Positions 39,884 to 53,837 of a DNA stretch of 64,000 bases are shown here, piece by piece. The stretch lies in contig NC_043005.1 in NCBI RefSeq assembly GCF_006345805.1, forward strand, positions 43,896,001 through 43,960,000. The letters run 5' to 3'. The notes under the pieces were generated by a model, which was given only the letters and a program-made list of their open reading frames with translations, searched no databases and had not been told where the DNA came from. A program made the translations under genes and the position numbers. Position 1 is the stretch's first letter. Every line of letters starts with the position of its first letter. The DNA is from Octopus sinensis. Lineage: Eukaryota.

Positions 39884-40415
39884 ATTGGCTTCTTTCAGTT
39901 TCCATTTATCAAATCTACTCACAAGGCTTTGGTTGGCCTAGGGCTATAGAAGACAACATCCTTATTGCCATGTGGCTGGGAGGCACACTTCTTAAACTCA
40001 TCTGTACTTATGCGTCCATATATTTATTTAACATTGTACACTTAATCATAGGTTTCACTTTACTCATGCTGTTAATACCATGAGAAAGGCATGAACATTG
40101 CATAAGCTTATTTTCAGTAGTTTATGTACCTATGAAAAATTCATGTTTATGTATTTCAATGCACACATCTTGAAATTAGTATAAATAAGGTTTTTACTGA
40201 TTTAATTATATATTACATCAGTTGATTAAAAGTTGAATTGTCATAGTCATTAGACCAGTGTTTCTCAACTGGGGCCCATATAACCTTTGGCAGGGTCCAT
40301 AAAGATTTTGTGGTTAAAGTTTATGTGCAATAAATTAGTTATACTTTTACAATCCACAAAATGTTTTAATAATTACATTTATACAATTCCTAATAATATT
40401 TAATTATAAAACTAT

Positions 40416-40616
40416 TGGAGATGTACTTGCATAGCAAGTGACCTGATCTGAGATTGTGTGCTGGAACGAAAACAATTGCAGTGTGGAAGGTGTTTATAAG
40501 CCATTTAAGAAACACACAAAATCCGTTAGATTCACTTCAACATTTAAATTTAATTTGTCAAAATATTTTCGGCGCTTTGAGACCGCGACCTGTTCACTGA
40601 CGAAATTTTGTGCTGC
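40416..40616 (-). mobile_element. ~200-bp dispersed repeat (Penelope-like fragment?) nested in a hAT-like MITE (40256-40749)
   Basis: Homologous to 57990-58185 (GGAGATGTACT...CTGTTCACTGAC...GTGC). Confidence 0.75.
40554..40604 (-). ncRNA. Variant minimal hammerhead-like motif (G3:C8 core)
   Basis: Minus strand TTCGTCA-GTGAACA-GGTCGC-GGTCTCAAA-GCGCC-GAAA-ATAT-TT-TGACAAA. Confidence 0.5.
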
Positions 40617-42915
40617 ATCACGTGTTGTATAAAACTATCATATTTTTAAATATGAAACAACTCAATACTAGTCAAATGGTTAGGATGAGCAATCTGAATG
40701 AAATAGGAATCAAAGGGATCCATCGGCAAAAAATGGTTGACTATCACTGCGCTAGTGCATTGGATAGAATACTTTATTGTATTTGTTCTAACACAATGTG
40801 CTATGAGTAAACTGCCCTCAGTAAACTTTACTCTTCAGAGTTGGTAAGAAAAAGAACCAATTTATGGAAGTAGGTCGGTGGAACTGTCAAAGCTCGGATA
40901 AGATACTTTGTTATATCTGTATCAACTCTTTATATTCTTACAGCAGCGCCTGTAACAGTACAAGTGCCAAACTCTATTATCTTTTCTCTTAGACAATAGT
41001 AGTGACTTTGGGAAGGTGTGGGTGACTTCAGATCTTTCACACACAATCTCACCCAAGCCTACATAGGTACATAGTCAACCCTTACCTGCAAAATCCCTAG
41101 ATCTGTCACTAAAACCAAATTTCTGTTTTCAAAATCTGCTCTCCTATAGTTCGCACTTCCAGTGTGTTTCAATTCTTGAGAACCTCTATGAAAGCAATTT
41201 TGTGCTTCTGACACAAGTAAGTCACCAGATAACTGGATATGTATAAGTGACTTGGAAAATGAACAAGCCCCCTCTTATGAATGATTTTCTCGGTCAACTT
41301 GGACTAGTAAGAACACCAACTGAAATGAGTCTGTTGTTAATTTTAAATGCTTTTTACTGCTGTTGGTGCAGTAAATCCACCCACACCGTAAGAACTTGAA
41401 AGATTACTTCCCTACAAAAGGTATGTATCATCAAAGTCAGGAATTTGTTATCATTGTTGTTACAGCAAATGTTTCATAGCAGTAATACTTTCCCTGTTGC
41501 TGATATTGACAAAGCATCTTTTGTAGAATTAACTATACTGACACCTGTAATAATACACCAGTGCTAGCTTTTCATTTGAGTTAGCCAGCACTAGAGCTGC
41601 TCAGTCGCTATCTTAGAATTACGTTTACTAATATTGCTTTCTTATTTTGATACATTAACTTAATAAACTCTGTAATTTACCCATGATTATATATATATAT
41701 ATATAAAGAGAGAGAGAGAGAGAATGTGATTTTGGAATTGGTAAATTTCACATGTTTACGTGGTTTCAAGCAAAGTAGAACTAAAACAGCCATAAGACAC
41801 ATTACTGATAGTTTCAGTTTCTTTGTCACACACACACACACATGTGGCTGTATGATAAGAAGCTTGCTTCCCAACCACATGGTTCCCAGATCAGTCTCAC
41901 TGCATGGCTCCTTGGGCAAGTGTCTTTTATTATAGCATTGAGCCAACCAAAGCCTTGTGAGTGGATTTGGCAGATGAAAACTGTAAGAAGCCCATCATGT
42001 ATATATATATATGTGTGTGTCTGTGTTTGTCCCACCCCCACCTCTGCTTGGCATCTGATGTTGGTGTGTTTACGTCCCCATAACTTAGTGGTTCAGCAAA
42101 AAAATCCAATAGAGTAAGTAGTAGGCTTACAAAGAATAAGTTCTGGGGTAAATTTCTTTGACTAAAAGGCATTGCTCCAGCATGGCAGCAGTTAAATTAC
42201 AAACAAATAAAGGAGTTAAATATATCTGTGTGTTTATGTATTGTATATATATATTATATACATATATATATATTTGTATATCTATTGTGTCACCAGCACT
42301 AGTGACATCAAGCAACTTGTAAGACTAAAATTACCTTCAACTGAATTCCATCAGCCCCATGCAGGCATTGAAAAGTGGATGTTACAGTGATGATGATGAT
42401 ATATATAAAATATATATCACACACACACATGTAAAAAAAAAAAAAAAAAAATTACCTTCTCGAGTCCTGCTGAGTCATAAGAGCCGGTTTCCCTGGTATA
42501 TAAATTCCCAATCTGGATGAGATGCTAGTCTGTTACAAGATTACTCATTTTTGCTAGCTGAGTGGACTGGGGCATTGGAAAAGGAAGTGTTTTGCTCAAG
42601 ATCACAACGCGTTGCCCAATCTAGGAATTGAAACTAATCTTATAATCATGAGTCCAACACCCTTACCACTAAGTCATGTGCCTCCACCACACACACACTC
42701 CAACATAGAACAGTGAAAATGAGTGCTCAGCCCCACATTGGTCGACAAATGTACTTTATTTGTGAGTTAACAAGGCACCCAATGGTTTCATGTGAGATTT
42801 TCACAATTGTTCAATCATGCCACATGGAATGTTAGTACTTCCATGTGGTGTGCTTGAAGAGTTCTGAAGATCTTTTCATTTGCCATGATAGCCCACAAAG
42901 AAAAGATTATATATA

Positions 42916-44688
42916 TAAATGAAAAACTGTATGGTAAATTAACAAACGCCATAATGTATACTGAGTGTACAACTGGACAGGAGACTGACACAGAAAGTCC
43001 CTAATTCTTCATCGATTATCAACCAAATGGTAATATTCAGTTTCACACCATTAATGATAAGACTGAGAATTTCCCATGCTGGTGGTGCCTGCGAAAGTTG
43101 TGGAGAATATAGGGCCAAGAGCAAACAAAACAATATAGAGTGGACATACGAAAAATGATGGGCAAAGACGACATAAATAAGAAACGAACAAAATATGGCC
43201 TCAGGGCCAAAAAGGCAAGAATAATGGGTAACACTCAGAAGACATACTAAAGGATAAAAAACAGTGAGACACTGAGAATTTGTGACTGGTGAGAAAAAAA
43301 GAAAGGAAAGCTGACTACAGGTCACGTGACTGCAGCAGGCAGTAGCGAGAGAGTGACAGAAAACGGGAAGGGATGAGGGGGGGGGGGAGAAAAGCTAGGA
43401 ATACAAGAGGGCGAGAGAGAGAGAAAAGAAAGAGTGAAAGCAAGAATTAAAGTCACATGGATATATAAAAAACTTACTGTTAATACAAGTTGAGGTGCAT
43501 TGTGTTCCATTACTTAAATGAAAATAAGTATGGTAAATAAACATAACAGTAAATTGTTTATATACTTGGTGGTTTGGTAAAAGAGAATAATTCCTGGGGT
43601 TGATTTCTTCAACTAAAGGTGGTGCTCCAGCATGGCCACAGTCAAATGACTGAAGTAAGTAAAGATAAAATAAATCCATGTGACTAATTCTTGCCTTCAC
43701 TCTTCCTCCTTTTCTCTCTTTTGCCTGCTTCTATTTCTAGCCTTTCTTCTTTTTCCCCCTTCATCCCGTCCCCTATTTTCTCTCTCTCACTCATTCTCTC
43801 CCACTCTCTCTCTCTTTTACTTGTTTCTGTCATTTGACTGTGGCCATGCTGGAGCACCACCTTTATAGTCGAGCAAATCGACCCCGGAGCTTATTCTTTG
43901 TAAGCCTAGTACTTATTCTATTGGTCTATTTTGCCGAACTGCTAAGTTACAGGCATGTAAACACACCAGCATTGGTTGTCAAGCGATGCTGGGGGGACAA
44001 ACAGACACACAAACTCACACATTTATGACGGCTTCTTCCAGTTTCCATCTACCAAATCCACTCACAAGGCTTTGGTCCGCCCGAGGCTATAGTAGAAGAC
44101 ACTTACCCAAGGTGCCATGCAGTAGGACTGAACCCGGAACCATGTGGTTGGTAAGCAAGCTACTTACCACACAGCCACTCCTGCGCCTCTTTCTCCTCTG
44201 CCTGCTACTGTCATGTGACCCATGGCTATCTTTCCTTTCTTTCTCTCCCTTTTTCACACCAGCCATAAATTCTCTGCGTTTCAGTTTTCTATCCTTTAGG
44301 ATTTCTTCTAAGTGTTACCCACCATTCTTGTCTTTTCGGATCTGAGGCTATATTTTGCTTGTTTCTTATCAATTTTGTCTTTGTCCATCACCTCAAATCA
44401 CATTTATTCACTATTGTATGTCTACTCTGTATTGTATTGTTTTGTTTTCTTTGCTCTTGGCCCTATATTCTCTGCAACTTACACAGGCACTGCCAGCATG
44501 GGAAGTTCCCAATCTTATCATTAATGGTGTGAAACTAAGTATTATCATTTGGCTGATAACTGAAGAAGAATTAGAGACACACTGTGTGTGTCTCCTGTCT
44601 AGTTGTACACTCAGTGTATGTTATGTTGTTTGTTTATTTACCATACATTTTTCATTTATTTAGTAATGGAACGCAATGCACCCCAACC
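42916..44688. repeat. Old ~560-bp inverted repeat pair (42916-43472 / 43675-44660) with a partial tandem copy (43489-43550) and SINEs inserted later
   Basis: TTTCACACCATTAATGATAAGA / TCTTATCATTAATGGTGTGAAA and GAGAATATAGGGCCAAGAGCAAA / TTTGCTCTTGGCCCTATATTCTC; the right arm is interrupted by the SINE at 43810-44187. Confidence 0.8.
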
Positions 44689-45233
44689 TATATATATATA
44701 TAGAGAGAAAGAGAGAGATATGTATATATACGAATAAATCTATGTGTGTGTACATGGATATGCATGTATATGTATATATGGGGAACAGCTTTTCTTTTAT
44801 ACATGTTTCAATTGCACCATAGTGTTATCATTTTTATTATATTATAGATTTTCTATATTTTTTTTATTGGATTGTTGTCGTTAGTTTGGAACAACATGGT
44901 TCTTAAATCCATATTTTACACATCAGACATTCACAATCACATGTTCAAGAATTGTATTACTTCATATACATTAGTTAAATTTCTAGAAACTTACCTTGGG
45001 TTGGTCATTATACCAATAACAATTGAAATAAACAGACACACACACTGGTTCAGTACCACTGCTTTATCGTACCAACTAACTATCCAGTGGTTTGTTTACT
45101 AATAAATCTATAGTTTTGTCAGTCCTTTCGTTGTTATTCATGACCCCTCACTGACAAGCCCTCACTCTTCAAACCAAATACAAAAACTTGTTGGAGGTGT
45201 TTTTGACCCTAATGGTTAGTACTCATCTATTAA

Positions 45234-45464
45234 GGCTGCGAGCTGGCAGAAACGTTAGCACGCCGGGCAAAATGCATAGCCGTATTTCGTCTGCCGTTAC
45301 GTTCTGAGTTCAAATTCTGCCGAGGTCAACTTTGCCTTTCATCCTTTCGGGATCAATAAATTAAGTACCAGTTACGCACTGGGGCCGATGTAAGCAACTT
45401 AATTTGTTTGTCTGTCCTTGTTTGTCCTCTCTGTGTTTAGCCCCTTGTGGGTAGTAAAGAAATA
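45234..45464 (+). mobile_element. Young family B SINE with 20-bp TSD
   Basis: GGTTAGTACTCATCTATTAA at 45214-45233 and 45465-45484; CpGs retained. Confidence 0.9.
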
Positions 45465-45950
45465 GGTTAGTACTCATCTATTAATTTTTGTTGAGCTCAA
45501 ATATTTTGGACTCGTGTTTTCATTTTGGTAACCATGTTTTAATTTTTTGATGTCTGTGCTGTTTACATGTTTTTTTTTTGGCATTCTGTTGCTTGATGAG
45601 TATGGCTTCCATGATTAATCTTCTATTTTTGTGAGGAGTTTTATAAAAAAATGCAAGCGGTGTTCATTGCTTCTATCTTTTACTTGTTTCACTCATTAGA
45701 CTGCAGCCTTACTTGGACACTGCCTTAAATTTTTAGTCATATGAATCAATCCCAGGACTTATTTCTTAAGCCTAGTACTTATTCTATCGGTCTCCTCCAC
45801 TGAACCAGAGAGGTATCATCTTTTCAGCAAGATGAGAAGATCCATGGTCTCCCAAGGCTAACGTGATTCCAAAATACAAACAAATGCACACACACACACA
45901 TACATCTATATGCATATCCATACACATGTATCAGATATATGAAAACTCGC

Positions 45951-46244
45951 GGAAAGTGTAACCTCTCGAAAGAGCTGTTCTTCACTCCTGCTCCAGAGTG
46001 TCGGCTGCGGGGTCACTCCGTAAAGCTCTGTCTGCGACGATTTCATCTCAATTGAAGGAGAGGGGCTTTCTCCGTCCGCGTTGCGGATCCATGGAATAAG
46101 CTGCCGGACGAGATAGTGAAATGGCCTGAAATGGCCAGAAATGGCCTGAACTCTTTGCATGAACAACCTCCCTGTACATAACTCCATGTCCCCCTACATG
46201 GCCTTGCTTTTGCTTTTTGAACCAAAAAATTAACTTAACTTAAC
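45951..46244 (+). mobile_element. 3' fragment of a CR1-group LINE
   Basis: Encodes ...RLRGHSVKLCLRRFHLN*RRGAFSVRVADPWNKLPDEIV, typical of the CR1/L2 ORF2 C-terminus; (TTAAC)n tail. Confidence 0.75.
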
Positions 46245-47628
46245 ACGTATATGTTGGAAATGTTAATGCTGCAGTAATTACAAAATGAAATTCAATAAAA
46301 ATTAAATTTAACCTTTGAAAGGGCAATAACAACTATAATAACAATAAAAATGAAAATAAGAGCAAAAGCAAAATAAAGATGAAAAATAATAACTGCAATA
46401 ATAAGGATCATAAATATAATAGATATAGAAATATCAAAGATATATATTAAATAGATAAATAATAATCCTTTCTACTATAGGCACAAGGCCTGCAATTTTG
46501 GTGGGAGGAGTAAGTCAATTACATTGACCCTCCACAATTCTTGACTGGTACTTAATTTATTGACCCCAAAAGGATGAAAAGCAAAGTCAACTTTGGCAGA
46601 ATTTGAACTCAGAATGTAAAGATGAATGAAATACTGCTAAGCATTTGCCCAGCTTGCTGCCAATACTAATAAGACTAATGACTAATAATACTAATAACAA
46701 CAATCAGTTAGCTAAGTAAAAATAAAACGTAGAAATGAAATTATGGTAATAGGGAAATATATAATAATAATAATGATAATAATAATGCATATGTTATATC
46801 AGCAATTATGTAGAACATTTATATAAAAAAAAATGTATGAAATGTGTAAATGAAAACATATATGTGCATATATAAATGATTGTAGGTGGGGTGTGGACTG
46901 AAAATATAATCAAGCATAAAATTATAGAAAATATATGTATGTAAATATAGGCGCAGATACATTGTAAACACATGCATATCTGCATATGAATATGTACATA
47001 CCCATGTATAAATATGTATATGCACATCTATCCATATATATATAGCCTCGCCTGGCACCTGTGCAGGTGGCACGTAAAAAGCACCCACTACACTCACAGA
47101 GTGGTTGGCGTTAGGAAGGGCATCCAGCTGTAGAAACATTGCCAGATAAGACTGGAGCCTGGTGCAGCCGTCTGGCTTCCCAGATCCCCGGTCGAACCGT
47201 CCAACCCATGCTAGCATGGAGAACGGACGTTAAACGATGATGATGATGTATAAATATGTGTAAACTTGATAACATTAATAAAATTATTAAAAATAGTGTT
47301 TCTCGCTGCTTTTGGTTAGTTGGAGACCAAAGTGTGCAGATGCACTTGGTGTTTAGTGAGCTGCCAAAAGTTTTGTTTTTGATTTTTAAACATGATAAGA
47401 ATCCAATGAATACTTCAGACTTTGCCACCTTTCTCTGCTGCAAACTTTACATCTTCTGCTACCACTGGTGTAAAGTTTAAATCATCTCAGGATCTTCCAG
47501 TTTATGGAATTGTTGTTGGACCTCTCTTTGAAATCCTAAATGCAGTTGGAGAGCTGTGTGGTGTTGCATTTGTTCCAGTCTCTTTAGGAAGAGTTATTAT
47601 TGAATCTTACTTCTCTGAAAGCTACATA

Positions 47629-49195
47629 CCGTAAATCCTCGAGTATAGTCTGCCCTTCAGTATAATACGCAGGGGATTTTTAGAGGGTTGTACCTCTGAA
47701 AAACCTAAACCTTGTGTATAATACGCACCCCTTCTCTAACTTGAGTTGTGCGTAATTAAGCCACCAGCACCTAGTCAAGCAAACACTTCTGCACATGCAT
47801 AATACAATAATGGTGATGTTCTTAACTGTTATATGGGAATGTAAATATGTTTGCAAATTGTTTTTGTTACATGTTATTCTGTGTTCTGAATACTTTTATT
47901 TTAACCCTTTCGTTACCAAACCGCCCAAAGCCGCCCGAATTTACCTATTCATATTTAAATGAGAATATCAGAGCAAATCTCTTCAGTACATTCGTGAAAA
48001 CACGTATTATACTTCGTAAACAGTTCAACTACAGTTTTGTACAATAATCGAAGTGTAATTTTAATTCCGTGAATTTTGGAAGATTTTTTTCCGAAATTTG
48101 TTCCTATTGTGTTTTCAAAATTTCTAATTCTGACAAAAAATGGATACGAATTTCATTATATCAAGCAGCGAGTCAGAATTCGAAGGATTTTCTACTGAAG
48201 ACCTTCATAAATCTAACTCTATGACTGAAAAAAAAAGCATGTGGTATTTGATAATGAATCTGATGTTTCATTTTCCGAAAGTGAAAACATTGAATCTGAG
48301 ATCTCCGACAGCGATAAAGAAAACGAATTGGCACCTGAATAGAGTGAAAATTTAAAAACTGTTTCTTTCGGTGATTTTTCTGAAGAAACTGGACCAAGCC
48401 ACAGACTTTCCCAGGAGAGTAAAGCCTTAAACTATTTCTTTTTACTTTTTCAAATGAACCTATTTGAAATCATTACGGCAGAAACGAGCCGTTACGCTAA
48501 ACGTAAACAAAGCGAAAGAAAGGATAGTTTGTGGTTTCCCACAACCTTAAATGAAATTAAGACTATTTTGCCATAAATATTATTATGGGTATCAGAAATT
48601 TACCCAGAATAAAAAATTCTATCGTAAAATTTTGTTGTATACCAAATTGAATATTACCTAATAAACCCATTTTCTATAGCGATGTTTGAACACAATTTTA
48701 ATAATTTTATATTTTGTTGAATTTACCTGTATCTACCTGTAATTAGAGTCACATTGTGACAAAAATTATAGTATAGAATTGGTTGAGAATATTTCATTAA
48801 ATTATCTTCCAAAAATCAGATTAATATATCGATAAATAAAAAGGTTATAGTTGTTTAATGAAACCAGACTAAATTTATGATTACGTTAGAAATTAATTGA
48901 AACACATAAGGGGTGTAATTTGGTCAGAAATATAGTAACGAAAGGGTTAATAAATGTTGCTTACTGCAGTTATGGATGATTCTTTTATGACTTCATTGCT
49001 TTCAGGTTCAGCTTAAGGTATTTTCGTGCCCGACATCACAAAATGCGTCTGAATAAACATTGCCAGACAGCAAATAGATTCTTGGACATTGCTTAGAAAA
49101 TATTTTTCATTTTTAACCTCATATATAGTATGCACTAGGGATTTTGACCTTTAAATTTTGGGAAACAAATGCGGATTATACTCAAGGATTTACGG
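47629..49195. mobile_element. pogo/Tigger-like MITE hosting the piggyBac insertion
   Basis: TA-CCGTAAATCCTCGAGTATA ... TATACTCAAGGATTTACGG-TA. Confidence 0.8.
47905..48946 (+). mobile_element. Internally deleted piggyBac with transposase N-terminal remnant (~48140-48620)
   Basis: TTAA TSDs at 47901-04 and 48947-50; TIR CCCTTTCGTTAC; frameshifted acidic N-terminus, then ...LFEIITAETSRYA...WFPTTLNEIK...IIMGIRNLPRIK (PGBD-like). Confidence 0.85.
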
Positions 49196-49793
49196 TACTT
49201 CTTAACCCTTTAGCATTTAGATTATTTTATCAAATGTAATACTTATTTATTCACATTGTTTTGAATTAATCATACATTATCTCAGAGGTTCAAAATTTCG
49301 ATGACATGACTGTATTTTTAAAATAGCATTATATGGTAGGTGTGAGAGGCTGATTCTGGCTGGTTTGAATATAAAATAGAGAAATTTGGGCTGGATTCAT
49401 CTGGTTTAAATGCTAAATGGTTAATACATGTGGGTATTGTTTGTATAAGCTGTTCTGACTGGCACCTCAAATATTTTAGCCTCAGCATCACAGTCTCCAT
49501 CTAATGGGTACAGTTCTGTATTTCTATAAGAACAGCCAGCTTCTTTTGGGTGTGTATATTTGTGTGAAACTATTCTTTTGAGGTTGGAGTTGGAGATAAG
49601 CTAATCTTCAAGTTGTGCATATTGAAAGGTTTATAAGTATCTGTGATTAGCTGGGAAATGTTTATCTGTTAATGTAAAGAAGAACTAATTTTGTCTCTAA
49701 TGCCATCTTCTTTCAGTGCATTGTTATAAAGGGAGGTGCTGCTGTATTAAAAATTTCCTTATCAGAGAAGTTAGAGACTCTGCAGCTAATAGG

Positions 49794-50679
49794 TGACAGT
49801 GTGGCTGTGTGGTAAGAAGTTTGCTCCCAACTACATGGTTCCAGGTTCAGTCCCATGTGTATGACATCTCAGGCAATTGTCTTCTACTATAGCTCTGGGC
49901 TGACCAAAGCCTTGTAAGTGTATTTAGTAGATGGAAACAGAAAGAAGCCCTTCATGTGTGTGTATATACATATATATGTGTGTGTTTGTCTACTGCCACC
50001 ATTTGACAACTGGTGTTGGTGTGTTTATGTCCCCAAAATTTGCAGTTCAGCATAACAGACTGAGAGAAAATGTACCTGACTTAAAATGTACCTGACAGTG
50101 TGGCTGTGTGGTAAGAAGTTTGCTCCCAACTACATGGTTCCAGGTTCAGTCCCATGTGTATGACATCTCAGGCAATTGTCTTCTACTATAGCTCTGGGCT
50201 GACCAAAGCCTTGTAAGTGTATTTAGTAGATGGAAACAGAAAGAAGCCCTTCATGTGTGTGTATATACATATATATGTGTGTGTTTGTCTACTGCCACCA
50301 TTTGACAACTGGTGTTGGTGTGTTTATGTCCCCAAAATTTGCAGTTCAGCATAACAGACTGAGAGAAAAATGTACCTGACTTAAAATGTACCTGACAGTG
50401 TGGCTGTGTGTTAAGAAGTTTGCTCCCAACTACATGGTTCCAGGTTCAGTCCCATGTGTATGACATCTCAGGCAATTGTCTTCTACTATAGCTCTGGGCT
50501 GACCAAAGCCTTGTAAGTGTATTTAGTAGATGGAAACAGAAAGAAGCCCTTCATGTGTGTATATATACATATATATGTGTGTGTTTGTCTGCTGCCACCA
50601 TTTGACAACTGGTGTTAGTGTGTTTGTGTCCCCAAAATTTGCAGTTTAGCAAAACAGACTGAGAGAAAATGTACCTGAC
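49794..50679 (+). repeat. ~300-bp tandem triplication of a family A SINE
   Basis: TGACAGTGTGGCTGTG at 49794, 50093 and 50393; copies 1 and 2 are essentially identical, copy 3 has a few substitutions. Confidence 0.92.
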
Positions 50680-53241
50680 TTAGAAAGAAAAGTAAGTACC
50701 GGAATCGATTCATTCGACTTAAATTCTTCAAAAGTGCTCCAGCATGGCCTCCATCTAATGACTAAAACAAGTGAAAGATAAAAGACCTTTTTTACCGACA
50801 GGCACGAACACTCATTCTTAAAATTTTTGTGTCTTTTAAATTGCTAGTGCCACATAAAAAGTACCCTTGCTGGTGTCGCATATAAAGTACCCATGCAGGT
50901 GTCACACATAAGGCAACTATGCTAGAGCCAATATATAAAGAAACCATGCTGGTGACATGTATAAAGCACCCTTGCTGGTGCCATGTAATAATGCTGATGT
51001 TGGCACCACATAAAAAGCACCCAAACCACTTTGTAAAGTTGTTGGCATTAGGAAAAGCATCCTGCCATAGAAACCACGACGAAACATTCAATTGGAGACT
51101 GATGCAGCTCTCTGGCTTGCCGGCTCTTGTCAAACTGTCCAACCCATGCCAGCATGGAATGCGGACGTCAAGTGATGATGATGATGATGAAAGACATATT
51201 GTACTCTCTTTACTCTTTACTCTTTTACTTGTTTCAGTCATTTGACTGCGGCCATGCTGGAGCACCGCCTTTAGTCGAGCAAATTGACCCCGGGACTTAT
51301 TCTTTGTAAGCCCAGTACTTATTCTATCGGTCTCTTTTGCCGAACCGCTAAGTTACGGGGGCGTAAACGCACCAGCATCGGTTGTCAAGCAATGCTAGGG
51401 GGACAAACACAGACACACAAACATACGCACACATATATGTATATACATATATACGACGGGCTTCTTTCAGTTTCCGTCTACCAAATCCACTCACAAGGCT
51501 TTGGTCAGCCCGAGGCTATAGTAGAAAACAGTTGCCCAAGATGCCACACAGTGGGACTGAACCTGGAACCATGTGGTTGGTAAGCAAACTACTTACCACA
51601 CAGCTACTCCTACACCTACAATGTAGTTCTAAATATACAAAAGACAAGATGATCTTGATTGGAATGGGACACATTTATATCTCCTCTATCAAAGATGACT
51701 TGATGTTTTAAAAACAATTAGAGATGCATTTACAGTATTTTCCCACATGTAGTATCAATACAAATTTGTAACATTAGTTGATGATTGTCTTAAAATCTTA
51801 GTCCTTGCCATGGATATCGCACTGTTCCAGTTTTAACAACCCAGTTAAGTATTCGCTGTAGAAGAGGATCTGTGTTGTTGTAAGCAGTTAGACATATAAG
51901 AATATATTTTCTTTAATTAACAGCCTGAGCCAATTGTACTTTTAGACTTAACAACAGAAAGTCTATTAAATTCTCTCATAGTTGGCACTGATCATATGTT
52001 AAAGCCATGCACTAGAAGTTGCCTGGTTCCAGATAATTGCTAGAAGGTGGGAAGAAGAACAAAAGTGTTTAAGAGTGTATAATGATTGAGAATGTTAAGT
52101 AGTTTTAAAATAAGCATTGGCAAACATAGGGAGACAAAACATAATTATAGCCAGAGAACTGCAATATAATAGCATGAAGCAGAATTAAAAGATTGTTAAC
52201 TGGGTTGTCTTTTTTTCATTCTTCCATTCTGAAGGATCTGCTCTATCATTTGTATATTTTATTCCAAATTCAGTCTGAAGGGTCAACAAAGTACAAAACT
52301 ATTAGAAAGTATACTTCAGATTATGGAATTTAATCATGTTAAACAACTTTAGTGTATTGGAGTCGACAAAGGATCTTCTAACTGGTTAATCACACTGTTA
52401 AAAATAGCAGTCAAGTCTCATCCCTCTCAACAACCCTACCAACATACAAAGAGAAAAGAAACCGTGTAGAATGTATTTCTCGAGGCTAAACAACAATTTT
52501 ATTAAGTTATTTTCATATTTGCAGTTAAATTACTAAACTAATTAATTGCTACTAAACTAATTAATTGCTCTGACAGTAAACAGAACACATGACACTGTTG
52601 TTAGTTATCATGTTTGATCACAGCATTGGACTGTGATACTGGATCATTATTTGCTGATTATTAATCATGATGTTGGATCATAATTTAACTGATGTCCTTT
52701 TTGACACCCAAAATCACTGTTGCAATCAGTTCACACAATTAGGAACAGTATTTGCTAATTAATTTAGTAGCAGTTGTTTCTGCTGTATTTTAATTAATGT
52801 GGTCTTAATATTACAATATTCTAATTAAATTGATATTGGTTCTATTAATAATTAATAAAAGTAGCATAACTCATTCCTGGGTAAATAGATATTTGTAATT
52901 ATAAAGAAATCTAATTACCTAAACACTAAAAGGCATAGATGATTGTTCAGTGCTGAACATTCTGAGTTCAAATCCTGTTTTGGGTTCAGTGTGCCTTTCT
53001 TCATTGGAACCAAAGGCACCAGTTATTTAAAGGATGAAAGTGACAATACTCTTCTTTTAAAAAAGGTGCATTTGTGGAAATTTTAGAAATTATAACTTCT
53101 GAGAATCTAATTGTCATATTATATTACATATATATATATATATATACAATCACACACACCCATATATATATATTCTATATATATATATATATACATATAC
53201 ACACATACATATATACATACATATACATGCGTATACATATA

Positions 53242-53295
<54 letters not shown>

Positions 53296-53798
53296 TAGAT
53301 ATATATATACACAGATATATATATATATATATATATACATACATACATACGTACATACATACATACATATATATATCTTTTATCCATTATATTTTACTAG
53401 CTTCAGTCATTAGACTGTGGCAATGTCAGTCACAATTTGTTTAGGCATATTTTCTTCAGCTGAATGCCCTTCCTACAGTGAGTTTCCGAGTAAACTAATA
53501 TTCCTCTGTGGCGAGAAGATTCACAGAAGATTGGAAATGAAGAGCCCGGCATGCATTGCAATGGCACTTCCTTACAAGTACCATGCAATGTCAAGTCAAG
53601 TGGACAGAAACACACACACACACGTGTGTGTGTATATATATATATAACATTCATCATTCAGTTTCCATTTACTAAATACAAATTTGATCTGGAAAGTGCA
53701 GCCTTCTGGCTCACCAGCCCTCAATTTAAACTGTCCAACCCATGCCAGCATGGAAAGCGGACGTTAAACGACGATAACGATGATGATGATGATGATGA

Positions 53799-53837
<39 letters not shown>

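Noticed and set aside
41081-41547. Unique stretch bounded by minus-strand acceptor-like and donor-like sites
   Set aside because: Stops in all frames and no recognisable protein similarity
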